Positions 56,037-64,000 of a stretch of DNA of 64,000 bases are shown here, piece by piece. The notes under the pieces are model-generated. The model saw nothing but the letters and a program-made list of their open reading frames with translations. It searched no databases and was not told the origin of the DNA. Positions within the stretch are counted from its first letter, which is position 1; every line of letters begins with the position of its first letter. The stretch is from an uncultured Solirubrobacterales bacterium. GTDB lineage: Bacteria > Actinomycetota > Thermoleophilia > Solirubrobacterales > Solirubrobacteraceae. The stretch covers positions 1,864,279 through 1,928,278 of the forward strand of contig CAVVBQ010000005.1 in assembly GCA_963746645.1 (NCBI GenBank), in the 5' to 3' direction. The position numbers and the translations under genes were made by a program.

Positions 56037-56741
56037 ATGCTGGAGCTGCGAGATCTCGTCAAGCATTATCACACAGCCGGGGAGGAGACCGTACGCGCGG
56101 TCGATGGCGTGTCGCTGTCGGTTGCTACGGGTGAGATGGTGGCCCTATATGGGCCAAGCGGCTCGGGTAAGACGACACTGCTGTTGATGGTCGCGGCGCT
56201 GCTAGCGCCCACCAGTGGAGAGGTACTCGTCAACGGCCGCGACATCTCCTCGCTCTCAGAGCGCGAGGCGTCGCACTTCCGTCTTGCAGAAATGGGGTTC
56301 GTGCGCCAGAACTTCGACCTGTTGCCGGGAGTTACGGCGATCGACAACACGGTGCTCAAGCTGCTCAAGAACACGCCCTGGAAGGAAGCCCACGAACGCG
56401 TGCAACCGCTGCTCGAGCGCCTGGGCCTCGGCGGGCGCCTCACGCACCGCTCTGAGACGCTCTCGATGGGCGAGCGCCAGCGCGTGATGATCGCGAGAGC
56501 GCTCTCTACCGAGCCCAAGCTACTGCTCGCGGACGAGCCGACGGGTAGCCTCGACACGCAGCGCGGACGCGAGGTGCTGGAGCTACTGACCGAGCTTTGC
56601 CGCGAACGTGGGGTGGCGATCGTGCTGGTTAGCCACGATCCGCAGGCCGCCGGCTACGCCGACCGTGTGCTGGCTTTGCGCGATGGCCGACTGGTCGACT
56701 ACGACCCCGAGCAGGGGTTTGCCCCTGCCAACACCAAGTGA
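56037..56741 (+). CDS. ABC transporter ATP-binding protein, paralog of 26980-27672
   Basis: GPSGSGKT, LSMGERQ, LLADEP; long stretches identical to copy 1. Confidence 0.95.
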   Translation: MLELRDLVKHYHTAGEETVRAVDGVSLSVATGEMVALYGPSGSGKTTLLLMVAALLAPTSGEVLVNGRDISSLSEREASHFRLAEMGFVRQNFDLLPGVTAIDNTVLKLLKNTPWKEAHERVQPLLERLGLGGRLTHRSETLSMGERQRVMIARALSTEPKLLLADEPTGSLDTQRGREVLELLTELCRERGVAIVLVSHDPQAAGYADRVLALRDGRLVDYDPEQGFAPANTK

Positions 56742-56814
56742 GTCGCGCTGAGGAGCGTCAGCGCGACATGAGCCCAAAGATCGCAGTGCCAATCATGAGG
56801 TCCGGGGGGGTCCT

Positions 56815-59331
56815 ATGAGGTTTGCGAACGTGCTTCACCTATACCGCGTACGTTTGCGTGCTCGGGCGCTGCAGGAGTGCTTTGCGATCGTGGGGATCGC
56901 CGCTGGGGTGGGATTGCTGTTTGCCTCCCAGATCGCGAGCTCCAGCCTGTCGAGCTCTGTGGGACAACTCAACAGTGGGATCGTGGGTACAGCGAAGCTA
57001 CAGCTGACGGCCCGCGATGCCCACGGACTCCCGGAAAAGCTGGTGGCCGAAACTCGGCACCTGCAAGGTGTGAAGGTGGCGGCACCGCTACTCGAAGTGA
57101 GCGCTAATGCGGTAGGGCCCAAGGGGAGTGACTCGGTGGAGCTGGTGGGAGCCGACTCGGCACTTGCCGAACTGAAAGGCGCGCTCGTGCGTAAAGTCGC
57201 GCTCACTCCTTTCGCCGGGGTGGAAGCGGTCGTGCTGCCCGTGCCTGTCGCCCAGACGCTCGGCGTGAGGAAATTTGGCGACATCGTGCACTTCCAGGCG
57301 TTGGGGCACTCAAGCGAAGCGGCGCTCTATTCGCTGCTCACCGCAAAGCAAGTCGGTGCGCTCACGTCTAGCCCGATCGCGGTGAGCACGCTCGAATACG
57401 TCCAGAATGCAAGCGGCCTGCCTGGGCGCGTGAGCCGCATTCTGGTCGAGCCCAAGCCGGGACAGACGGCCACCGTGCAAGCCGGGCTAATGCGTCTCGC
57501 TGGTGGACACTATGGCGTGGAGGCCGCTAGCTACGACGAAGCGCTGTTTGCCAAGGCCGCCGCTGCTACCAACCAGTCAACGCAATTGTTTGCGGTGATC
57601 AGCGCCTTGGTGGGCTTCCTGTTTGCCTTCAACGCGATGCTCTTGACGGTACCCCAGCGCCGGCGCTTGATTGCCGACTTGCGCCGCGATGGCTATACGC
57701 CTAAGGCGGTGATCGCGGTCCTGATGTTCGACGCTGTTGTGCTTGGCACGATCGCATGCGCGATTGGACTGGTACTCGGTGACGAGCTGTCAATCCACCT
57801 GTTTCACTCAAACCCCGGTTACTTGTCCTCGGCGTTCGCGGTCGGCTCCGAGCGTGTCGTGAATTTGCAGAGCGTTGCGATATCGGTGATCGGCGGCATG
57901 GGGGCAGCGAGCGTGGCAGTACTCAGTCCGTTCAAGGACATTGTCTCGCGCAACCCGCTCGCCGCTATCGAAACCAAAGAGGGCACGAGCGGAAACACCT
58001 CCCTGCTGCTCACACTTGGCGGGCTACTGTGCCTGGCGGTGACAGTCGTGATCTTGCTGGCGGCTCCCCAGGCGGCAATCGTGGGAATGGTGACGTTGAT
58101 CGCCGCCCTGTTGGCCTTGCTGGCGCTCCCGCTTACGTGGATGCTCGCATTCGTGCGCAGGATCGCGCCCACGATCGTGAGTGCCGTGCCACATATCGCG
58201 GTGATGGAGCTGCGCGCTGGGCGATCGCGGGCGATCGCGATCGCTGCCACAGGGGCGATCGCGGTGTTCGGAAGCGTGTCGATCCAGGGCGCTCACAGCG
58301 ACCTCCTGAAGGGCCTCTACAACGCCGCTTCTGACGTGAACGCATCCACCGACATATGGGTGTCGGCTGCGGGGAACTCCAATCTGTTGATGACCTCACC
58401 GTTCGCGCCAACCCAGTTGAGCAAGCTCAGCGAGCTGCCGGGGGTGAGTGCAGTGCGCGTGTATCGAGGAGGCCTGCTCGATTACAAGGACAGACGTATA
58501 TGGGTGATTGCGCCACCCGCAGAAGCCTCTCCCTTGGTGCCGCCCACTCAGCTCGTGGAAGGCAACGTCAAGCAGGCCGATGCCCACTTGCGCGAAGGTG
58601 GCTGGGCCGTTGTATCGCTGGCGCTCGCCGAAGAACACAAATTGAAAATCGGCCAGTCGTTCACACTGCCGACGCCCAATCCCACAACTTTCAAGGTGGC
58701 CGCTGTGAGCACTAACATCGGCTGGGCGCCAGGTGCGATCGTGATGAGCTCAGACGACTACGCGAAGGCTTGGGGAAGCACGGATGCAAGCGCATACAAC
58801 GTGCTGATGAAGCCAGGCGTGGCGCCTGAGCAAGGCGTGCACGAGATCAGGGCGGCCCTAGGCAGCGGAACGGCACTTGCCGCGCAGACTTCTGAACAGC
58901 ACGCCAACACGCTACGCGCGATCACACGTCAAGGCCTTGAAAGGCTCTCGCAGATCGCCACCCTGATCTTGGTGGCCGCCGTAATGGCGATGGCTGCCGC
59001 GATGGGCGCCATGATCTGGCAGCGCCGCCCGCGGCTTGCGAAGCTCAAGCTAGAGGGCTTTCCTCACCGCGAACTGTGGTACACAATCGTGCTTGAGAGC
59101 CTGATGTTGCTCGGCGTGGGCTGCTTCAGCGGCGCGGTCTTCGGGCTGTTCGGCCAGCAATTGCTCGACAGAGCCCTGAACATCGTCATCGACTACCCGG
59201 TGGTCAGCTCGGTGGGAGTGATCGTGGCACTATCGAGCCTCGCGCTCGTAACCGCCTCGGCAGTGTTGATGGTGGCGATCCCCGGCTGGTTCGCCGCCAA
59301 GGTGCCGGCCGGCCTGGCCCTCCAGGACTAG
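56815..59331 (+). CDS. ABC permease, fused double MacB/FtsX type, paralog of 27676-30198
   Basis: Shared blocks ISALVGFLFAFNAMLLTVPQRRRLIAD, WQRRPRLAKLKLEG and terminal LALQD. Confidence 0.9.
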   Translation: MRFANVLHLYRVRLRARALQECFAIVGIAAGVGLLFASQIASSSLSSSVGQLNSGIVGTAKLQLTARDAHGLPEKLVAETRHLQGVKVAAPLLEVSANAVGPKGSDSVELVGADSALAELKGALVRKVALTPFAGVEAVVLPVPVAQTLGVRKFGDIVHFQALGHSSEAALYSLLTAKQVGALTSSPIAVSTLEYVQNASGLPGRVSRILVEPKPGQTATVQAGLMRLAGGHYGVEAASYDEALFAKAAAATNQSTQLFAVISALVGFLFAFNAMLLTVPQRRRLIADLRRDGYTPKAVIAVLMFDAVVLGTIACAIGLVLGDELSIHLFHSNPGYLSSAFAVGSERVVNLQSVAISVIGGMGAASVAVLSPFKDIVSRNPLAAIETKEGTSGNTSLLLTLGGLLCLAVTVVILLAAPQAAIVGMVTLIAALLALLALPLTWMLAFVRRIAPTIVSAVPHIAVMELRAGRSRAIAIAATGAIAVFGSVSIQGAHSDLLKGLYNAASDVNASTDIWVSAAGNSNLLMTSPFAPTQLSKLSELPGVSAVRVYRGGLLDYKDRRIWVIAPPAEASPLVPPTQLVEGNVKQADAHLREGGWAVVSLALAEEHKLKIGQSFTLPTPNPTTFKVAAVSTNIGWAPGAIVMSSDDYAKAWGSTDASAYNVLMKPGVAPEQGVHEIRAALGSGTALAAQTSEQHANTLRAITRQGLERLSQIATLILVAAVMAMAAAMGAMIWQRRPRLAKLKLEGFPHRELWYTIVLESLMLLGVGCFSGAVFGLFGQQLLDRALNIVIDYPVVSSVGVIVALSSLALVTASAVLMVAIPGWFAAKVPAGLALQD

Positions 59332-59620
59332 AGCGCAACGCCGATAAGTGGCACACCGCAAGCAGCGGCGCACCCGCCAGGTCAGCACAAGCGGTTGGCC
59401 AGCACGAGCAGCGCGTGCCGGCGAGCAGCTGTACCGGCAAGCCACCACCGCGTATTCCCAGACTGAGCTGGCCGATCAGGCTGCCGTTCCACAGTGCTGC
59501 CATCGGCATACCCCAGGCGATCACTCGCCAGAGTGAAGGCTCACCAAGGCTAGCCTGGGGATGCCCAAAATCCCGCCCCGCCGCTGGACTAGCTGGACGG
59601 GACGGGACCTCAAGTCGCGC

Positions 59621-60457
59621 TTATTTCTTCTTGCGGACCGGCGGCGGACAGGGCACGTTATGCGTCGCGACAACTTGGCTGCCATCGAGGAACGTGAACT
59701 GCGCCGAGAACGGAAAGCCGCCGCTTGGGCATTTCGTTGGAAGCGAGATGCCCTGCGGTTTGTAGCCGACTAGTTTTCCGTGGACGCGCTTGTAGTACGT
59801 GAGATGACTGGGACCGATCGTTGAGTTGACGTTGATGATCGACACCGGCGGTCCGTTGGTGACGCTTTTGATTTCTGGGATCGTGGTGTCGAGATCGCCC
59901 CCGAAAGCGCCTTCCCCGGGCAACAGTTCGCCCGCGAAGACGATCTGCGCGTAGACCGGAGCAAGTCCGTTGGCATAGAAGAGCACCACGATGTTGCCTT
60001 CGTGCGGTGGTCCCATCAAAGCCTGGATTTCAGGGATCTCATGGCCCGCATCGGCCCCGAATGGGACCTCGACAAAGGCGCTGCCATGGCCAAGCCGAGA
60101 GTTCGGCGGGCAGCCGGCGATGCCTTTTTCGACCAATGCTTGGGGCTTGCAGATGGAAAGCCCAAGCGTGGTCGTCACGTAGTTCATGCCCTTGGGCATG
60201 CGCAGGCTGACATGGGTAAGCGGTGATGGCAGCCCACCGGTGGTGCTGCCGATCGTAAAACCGAACCCAATCGTCGTCGAAGCACCCAGCCTGTTGGGGC
60301 TAAACGACGTGTGCAAAGCAACCGTCTCTTCTGCCTGTGCCGAAGCACATACCCAGGAAGGCACAAGCAGGCAGCCGGAGACGACTAGCGCAAGCGCTAG
60401 GGCATGTCTTGGCAGGGGGATGCGGCTGAGGCCCCCGCCTATCCGCACTCTGGTCAA
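59621..60457 (-). CDS. secreted 4-Cys beta-domain protein A' (paralog of A/B)
   Basis: Signal peptide; SFSPNRLG, C-x12-CPPNSRLG, YYKRVHGK, CPSGGFPF...CP. Confidence 0.8.
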   Translation of the reverse strand: MTRVRIGGGLSRIPLPRHALALALVVSGCLLVPSWVCASAQAEETVALHTSFSPNRLGASTTIGFGFTIGSTTGGLPSPLTHVSLRMPKGMNYVTTTLGLSICKPQALVEKGIAGCPPNSRLGHGSAFVEVPFGADAGHEIPEIQALMGPPHEGNIVVLFYANGLAPVYAQIVFAGELLPGEGAFGGDLDTTIPEIKSVTNGPPVSIINVNSTIGPSHLTYYKRVHGKLVGYKPQGISLPTKCPSGGFPFSAQFTFLDGSQVVATHNVPCPPPVRKKK

Positions 60458-60471
60458 GGTGTCTCCAGCCG

Positions 60472-60981
60472 CTAATACGACATTGGTCCGCTCACGCGCA
60501 CCGTGACGGCGTCGTTAGAGCGCTGGATCGTGCCGCTGAAGCTGAGAGCGGACGCTTTTGCTTTGGAGTAAGTGCCGCTCCCTTTGGTGATCGCCAGAGT
60601 GCCAGAGAAGGTGGCGGTGGATCCCGCAACCCGATAGCTGGCTTTGGCGCTGCCGCTGATCGAGCCGCCACCTTTTGGATAGACCTGAACGTTGGCGCTC
60701 ACGCTGCGGGTCGAGGTGACCTTGAGCTGAAGATAGAGCGTCCCGGCGAGCGTGCCTTTGGCGGCGCCGGACTCTTTGAGTTCGACTCCGTGTTTATTCT
60801 GCAGATGTAGGCTGGCACTGTCTTTCAAAGTGAGCGAGCGCGCAGCTTTGGCGTGCGGCGACGCGGCGCCGGCGGCACCCGTCCCGAAGACAACGATTGT
60901 GGCTGTCGCGCCTAGTGCAAGCGCGGCAGACGAGATTCGCAACCGCGCACTCATGCGCTGGCGTGCTGGCTTGGTCCCCAT
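60472..60981 (-). CDS. small secreted all-beta protein C' (paralog of C)
   Basis: Signal peptide; YPKGG.SISG, LSFSGTIQRSNDAVTVRVSG; RBS GGAGGG before ATG 60981. Confidence 0.8.
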   Translation of the reverse strand: MGTKPARQRMSARLRISSAALALGATATIVVFGTGAAGAASPHAKAARSLTLKDSASLHLQNKHGVELKESGAAKGTLAGTLYLQLKVTSTRSVSANVQVYPKGGGSISGSAKASYRVAGSTATFSGTLAITKGSGTYSKAKASALSFSGTIQRSNDAVTVRVSGPMSY

Positions 60982-61230
60982 TGATCCCTCCATGTGGCTG
61001 TTGACGTCGCTTCCCATTAGAACAGACCCCTCTCCTCCGAGCGACTTCCTAAGCCCAAAGCCTAGTCCACATAACAGAAAGGCAGGGCAGTTAGACAATT
61101 CTAGTGCATATAGGCCTACGAAGTTCAACCCGTCAGGTAGGCGCGAGTTGCGGGAAAGCCGAGATCGTGGAGCCTTTGCTGTGACGCTACGCAAGAGCGC
61201 GCCCCGCCGCGCTACCCAACTTCAAGAGCC

Positions 61231-62217
61231 CTACCCGGCCGCACGACCACTAAAAGCAACCTCGACCTGCCGGCCCTTCGCGGTGAGCCTCCACGCGTTG
61301 GGCTCACCGCGGGCCCTGGGCATGCCAGCCTTTTCGAGCAGACCAAGGTTGGTGAGGCGCATGAGCAGCTTTGAGATCTGGCCCTGGTCTGAGACCCCGG
61401 AGGCTTCGGCGAGCTTACGATTGGAGGCCCCAGGCGCTTGGGCGACCGCCATCAGGACGCGCATAGTGCGATAGGTGAGGCGCATGTCGAGGCCGCGCAG
61501 TGGATCGACGGCTGGGCGGCTGGCGCGGGGCGGCAGCTTGGGGGTGGGTCGCGAGAGCTCGCGCTTGGCCGCGGCCGCTCCGAGATAGGGCAACACGATC
61601 ATCGACATCAGCGGACCCAGAAGCTCGAGCAGGGGAGCGGACTCGTCCTCCAACATGCGTGAGTGGATGAGCGAGAACACGCCGCCAACGACCCCTTCGG
61701 CGGTGAGTGGTGGTGGCTCTTCGCGGCTCTTCGCTTCGCCTCGCCCCTCTTCCACGGCCGCGATGACTTGGGTTAGAGCGCGCCGGCGACGGCCTAGTAC
61801 GTTGGGTCCGGCTGCAAGCGCCTCCGCTATCACGAGCCGGCCAATCGCCTGCTCGTAGTCCAAGAGATCGAGCAAGGCGGCGAGCGCCGCTCTGATCCGC
61901 TCACGCCACTTCCCCGGCCGCTGATAGACGGGCACAACGGTCGCGGCGATCCGGTCGATCGCGGCGTCGAACGCCGCCAGGAAACAGTCCTCGCGGTCTT
62001 CGAAGATCTCGTAGAACGTGCGCCGTGACACCCCTGAGCGGGCTACCACCTGACCGACGCTCGCCTCACCAAAACCGTGCTCGGCAACCACCTCGACCAT
62101 GGCTGCGAGCATTCGGGTGCGCTGGATCTCTGCGACATGCGCGCGGCCGAGTCCGTTGCCTCCCTCCTCGGGCCCATCGAGCGCGGAATCGTTGCTTGGC
62201 GCTTCTCTGGAGGGCAT
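61231..62217 (-). CDS. TetR-family regulator fused to C-terminal MarR-like winged HTH
   Basis: N-terminal ASVGQVVARSGVSRRTFYEIF; C-terminal SNRKLAEASGVSDQGQISKLLMRL...WRLTAKG. Confidence 0.85.
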   Translation of the reverse strand: MPSREAPSNDSALDGPEEGGNGLGRAHVAEIQRTRMLAAMVEVVAEHGFGEASVGQVVARSGVSRRTFYEIFEDREDCFLAAFDAAIDRIAATVVPVYQRPGKWRERIRAALAALLDLLDYEQAIGRLVIAEALAAGPNVLGRRRRALTQVIAAVEEGRGEAKSREEPPPLTAEGVVGGVFSLIHSRMLEDESAPLLELLGPLMSMIVLPYLGAAAAKRELSRPTPKLPPRASRPAVDPLRGLDMRLTYRTMRVLMAVAQAPGASNRKLAEASGVSDQGQISKLLMRLTNLGLLEKAGMPRARGEPNAWRLTAKGRQVEVAFSGRAAG

Positions 62218-62292
62218 GAGTTGGTACCTCGGGTCGAATACCTCGGATGGCAAGCCGCCAGACTCGGGCGGCCGCCCAGAAGCGCTCTCCGT

Positions 62293-64000
62293 TTATTTCT
62301 TCCGGCTTTTGTGCCCGTTGTGCCGCGCCTTTACTTTGCGGGTCTTGTGTTTGGTGCAGCCTGTTGGTGTGACGGGTGTGTTTTGTGTGAGTGTTGCGCC
62401 GTTTTGGGCGGTGAATGTGGTGGGCATGGTGAGTTTGGTGGTGCAGAGGTTGCCGTTTGCGGCGAGCGCGCTGTTTGGTCCTTGGGGTAGCTTCAGGTCG
62501 AAGTCGCCGATCGGCACGTCGGGGACTTGCTTGAAAGTGGTGCTCGTGATCCCGGCTTTGCTGATGAACGTCGTACCGACTAGGTCGACGGTGACGCCGT
62601 AGCCTTGTAGGACTACGACGAGGTCTGGGAACGCCTCCCCTCCGTGCGAGACGAAATACACAGGACCGTAAAGCTCCACAGGCAGGACCGGCGTGTGTGC
62701 AATGGCAGTCCCGATCTTTGATCCTGCCGGACATGACGCGGGGTTCTCGTCAAACGTTGCTGCTGCACAGGCCTTTTGGAGGGTGGTGAGCCTTGAGGGT
62801 AGTTGCTTTGGCAGACTGACCTTGACCTTCGCGATGTTCGCTTGGTTACCCATCGAGTTCTTGGGATAGGTGAGCTTCGCGTCGATGCTCGCACCACTAG
62901 CCCGCGACGTCCTTCCACTCGTCGATACTTTGAACGAGGGTTTGAACCCGAGACGAGCACAGTTCGTTACTTGGAAACGAGACGACACAGGCTCTAGGAG
63001 TCCCTGACCGCCGGTGAGAGTTCCCGTGATCGCTTGGGGATTGCAGTCGGTGGGGTTGAAAATGAATCCCGGCCGGTCGATGTTCACGTTGATGACCCGC
63101 AGGTCGAGCGGGATTCCTTGCAGCATTGTTGGTAGGGGATCAGTGTTGACCGTTAGCGCTGCTGTATGCGGGTCAACGGTGATCGTGCCTCTGACTACGA
63201 CGGTGCCGAGATCGAAAGGTCCAGCCTTTGCCGGTACAACGACGCTCAGCCCGTACGGAGCACCCTTGTAAGAGCCAGTAGCGAATACCTGCCCGCCGTG
63301 CACATAGAACGGTGTCGCACCGGCGCCAGCGGCCACCGTTAGGTCCCCGATCTCAGATTCCAGACCGCACGTCCCTTGAGAGGCTAGTGGTTCCTGGCAC
63401 AGTTTGATCGTCGAGAGGGTCCCCAACAAGCCAGTCGGCAAGTGCATGCTGACCCCACCCAACTGCTGGTCCCCATCAGCCCTGCTCATCGTCAAGGACA
63501 GCGGGCTGAACGCACCAGCCTGGTTGCTGACCGTTCCCGCCGCAAAACCTGGAGCGAACTGAGCAGGCGCAGGACAAGGACCGCCACCCGGACCACTCGT
63601 GATCTGAAACGAATCATCCACCGTCACAGGTGGGTTACCCGACCACGGAGTTAGTTCGACACTCGTCGTATACGTCCCGCACTCGTGCGGATTGACCAAC
63701 GGTGACCTGGTTCCGCCATCGAAGTCGACCTTCAATTCCCCGAACGGCAATTGGGGGCTGTTATCGAACACCGACCTGATCTGTCCCGTCTGAGGATCCA
63801 GTTCGACGTGACCCGGGATCTTCAGGATCACCCCGTGACCTTCGGCCACCAGGTACAGAGCAATCAACGACCCGAACGGGTTTTCGCTCTGCCGGCCGAG
63901 GTACAGATGACCCCTCAGGGGATCGGATAGCACCGGCGTGACGATTTCAACCGAAGCGAGCTGTGAGGAATCGGGACATTTCGCCGGGGTTCCGTGATCG
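62293..64000 (-). CDS. large secreted-type protein made of tandem 4-Cys beta domains (5'-truncated by window)
   Basis: Frame open to window end; repeats with C-x9/11-C-xxxS-x-[IL][GA] and a second Cys pair; basic tail KHKTRKVKARHNGHKSRKK. Confidence 0.85.
   Translation of the reverse strand, partial: DHGTPAKCPDSSQLASVEIVTPVLSDPLRGHLYLGRQSENPFGSLIALYLVAEGHGVILKIPGHVELDPQTGQIRSVFDNSPQLPFGELKVDFDGGTRSPLVNPHECGTYTTSVELTPWSGNPPVTVDDSFQITSGPGGGPCPAPAQFAPGFAAGTVSNQAGAFSPLSLTMSRADGDQQLGGVSMHLPTGLLGTLSTIKLCQEPLASQGTCGLESEIGDLTVAAGAGATPFYVHGGQVFATGSYKGAPYGLSVVVPAKAGPFDLGTVVVRGTITVDPHTAALTVNTDPLPTMLQGIPLDLRVINVNIDRPGFIFNPTDCNPQAITGTLTGGQGLLEPVSSRFQVTNCARLGFKPSFKVSTSGRTSRASGASIDAKLTYPKNSMGNQANIAKVKVSLPKQLPSRLTTLQKACAAATFDENPASCPAGSKIGTAIAHTPVLPVELYGPVYFVSHGGEAFPDLVVVLQGYGVTVDLVGTTFISKAGITSTTFKQVPDVPIGDFDLKLPQGPNSALAANGNLCTTKLTMPTTFTAQNGATLTQNTPVTPTGCTKHKTRKVKARHNGHKSRKK

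Overview
GC-rich bacterial DNA. The gene families suggest an actinobacterium of the Thermoleophilia/Solirubrobacterales type (inference from protein content only). 1-4 kb: two homologous ~168-bp arms, each ending in the 3' half of a tRNA-Ala(TGC), look like tandem attachment-site scars. They enclose a 2.6-kb relic with a hydrolase and a DUF2283 gene whose DUF4258-like partner is frameshifted. 4-20.5 kb: large secreted/surface proteins, including a PD40-propeller/lipase fusion and a 2992-aa RHS/YD protein with three NHL propellers and an unusual acidic-then-cationic tail. 20.7-54.7 kb: mostly metabolic genes (TetR/hydrolase/BtuF-like/sugar dehydrogenase, MMPL-P450-GDSL, a cfa-DUF1365-FAD oxidoreductase trio resembling Ufa furan-fatty-acid genes, a CADD-like enzyme, a haloalkane dehalogenase and an EPS glycosyltransferase operon). 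The most notable feature is a module present twice (24.8-32.1 kb and 54.7-64 kb). Both copies have secreted 4-Cys beta-domain proteins, a small secreted all-beta barrel-like protein, an ABC ATPase with an atypical LSMGE signature, an ~840-aa double-MacB-type permease and a TetR regulator. Copy 1 adds a family-1 glycosyltransferase. Copy 2 adds a DUF2600 terpene-synthase-family gene and a large protein built from tandem copies of the 4-Cys domain. I do not recognise this as a described system. No CRISPR, rRNA, intact tRNA, integrase or transposase was seen. All family assignments come from motif reading; no database searches were run.
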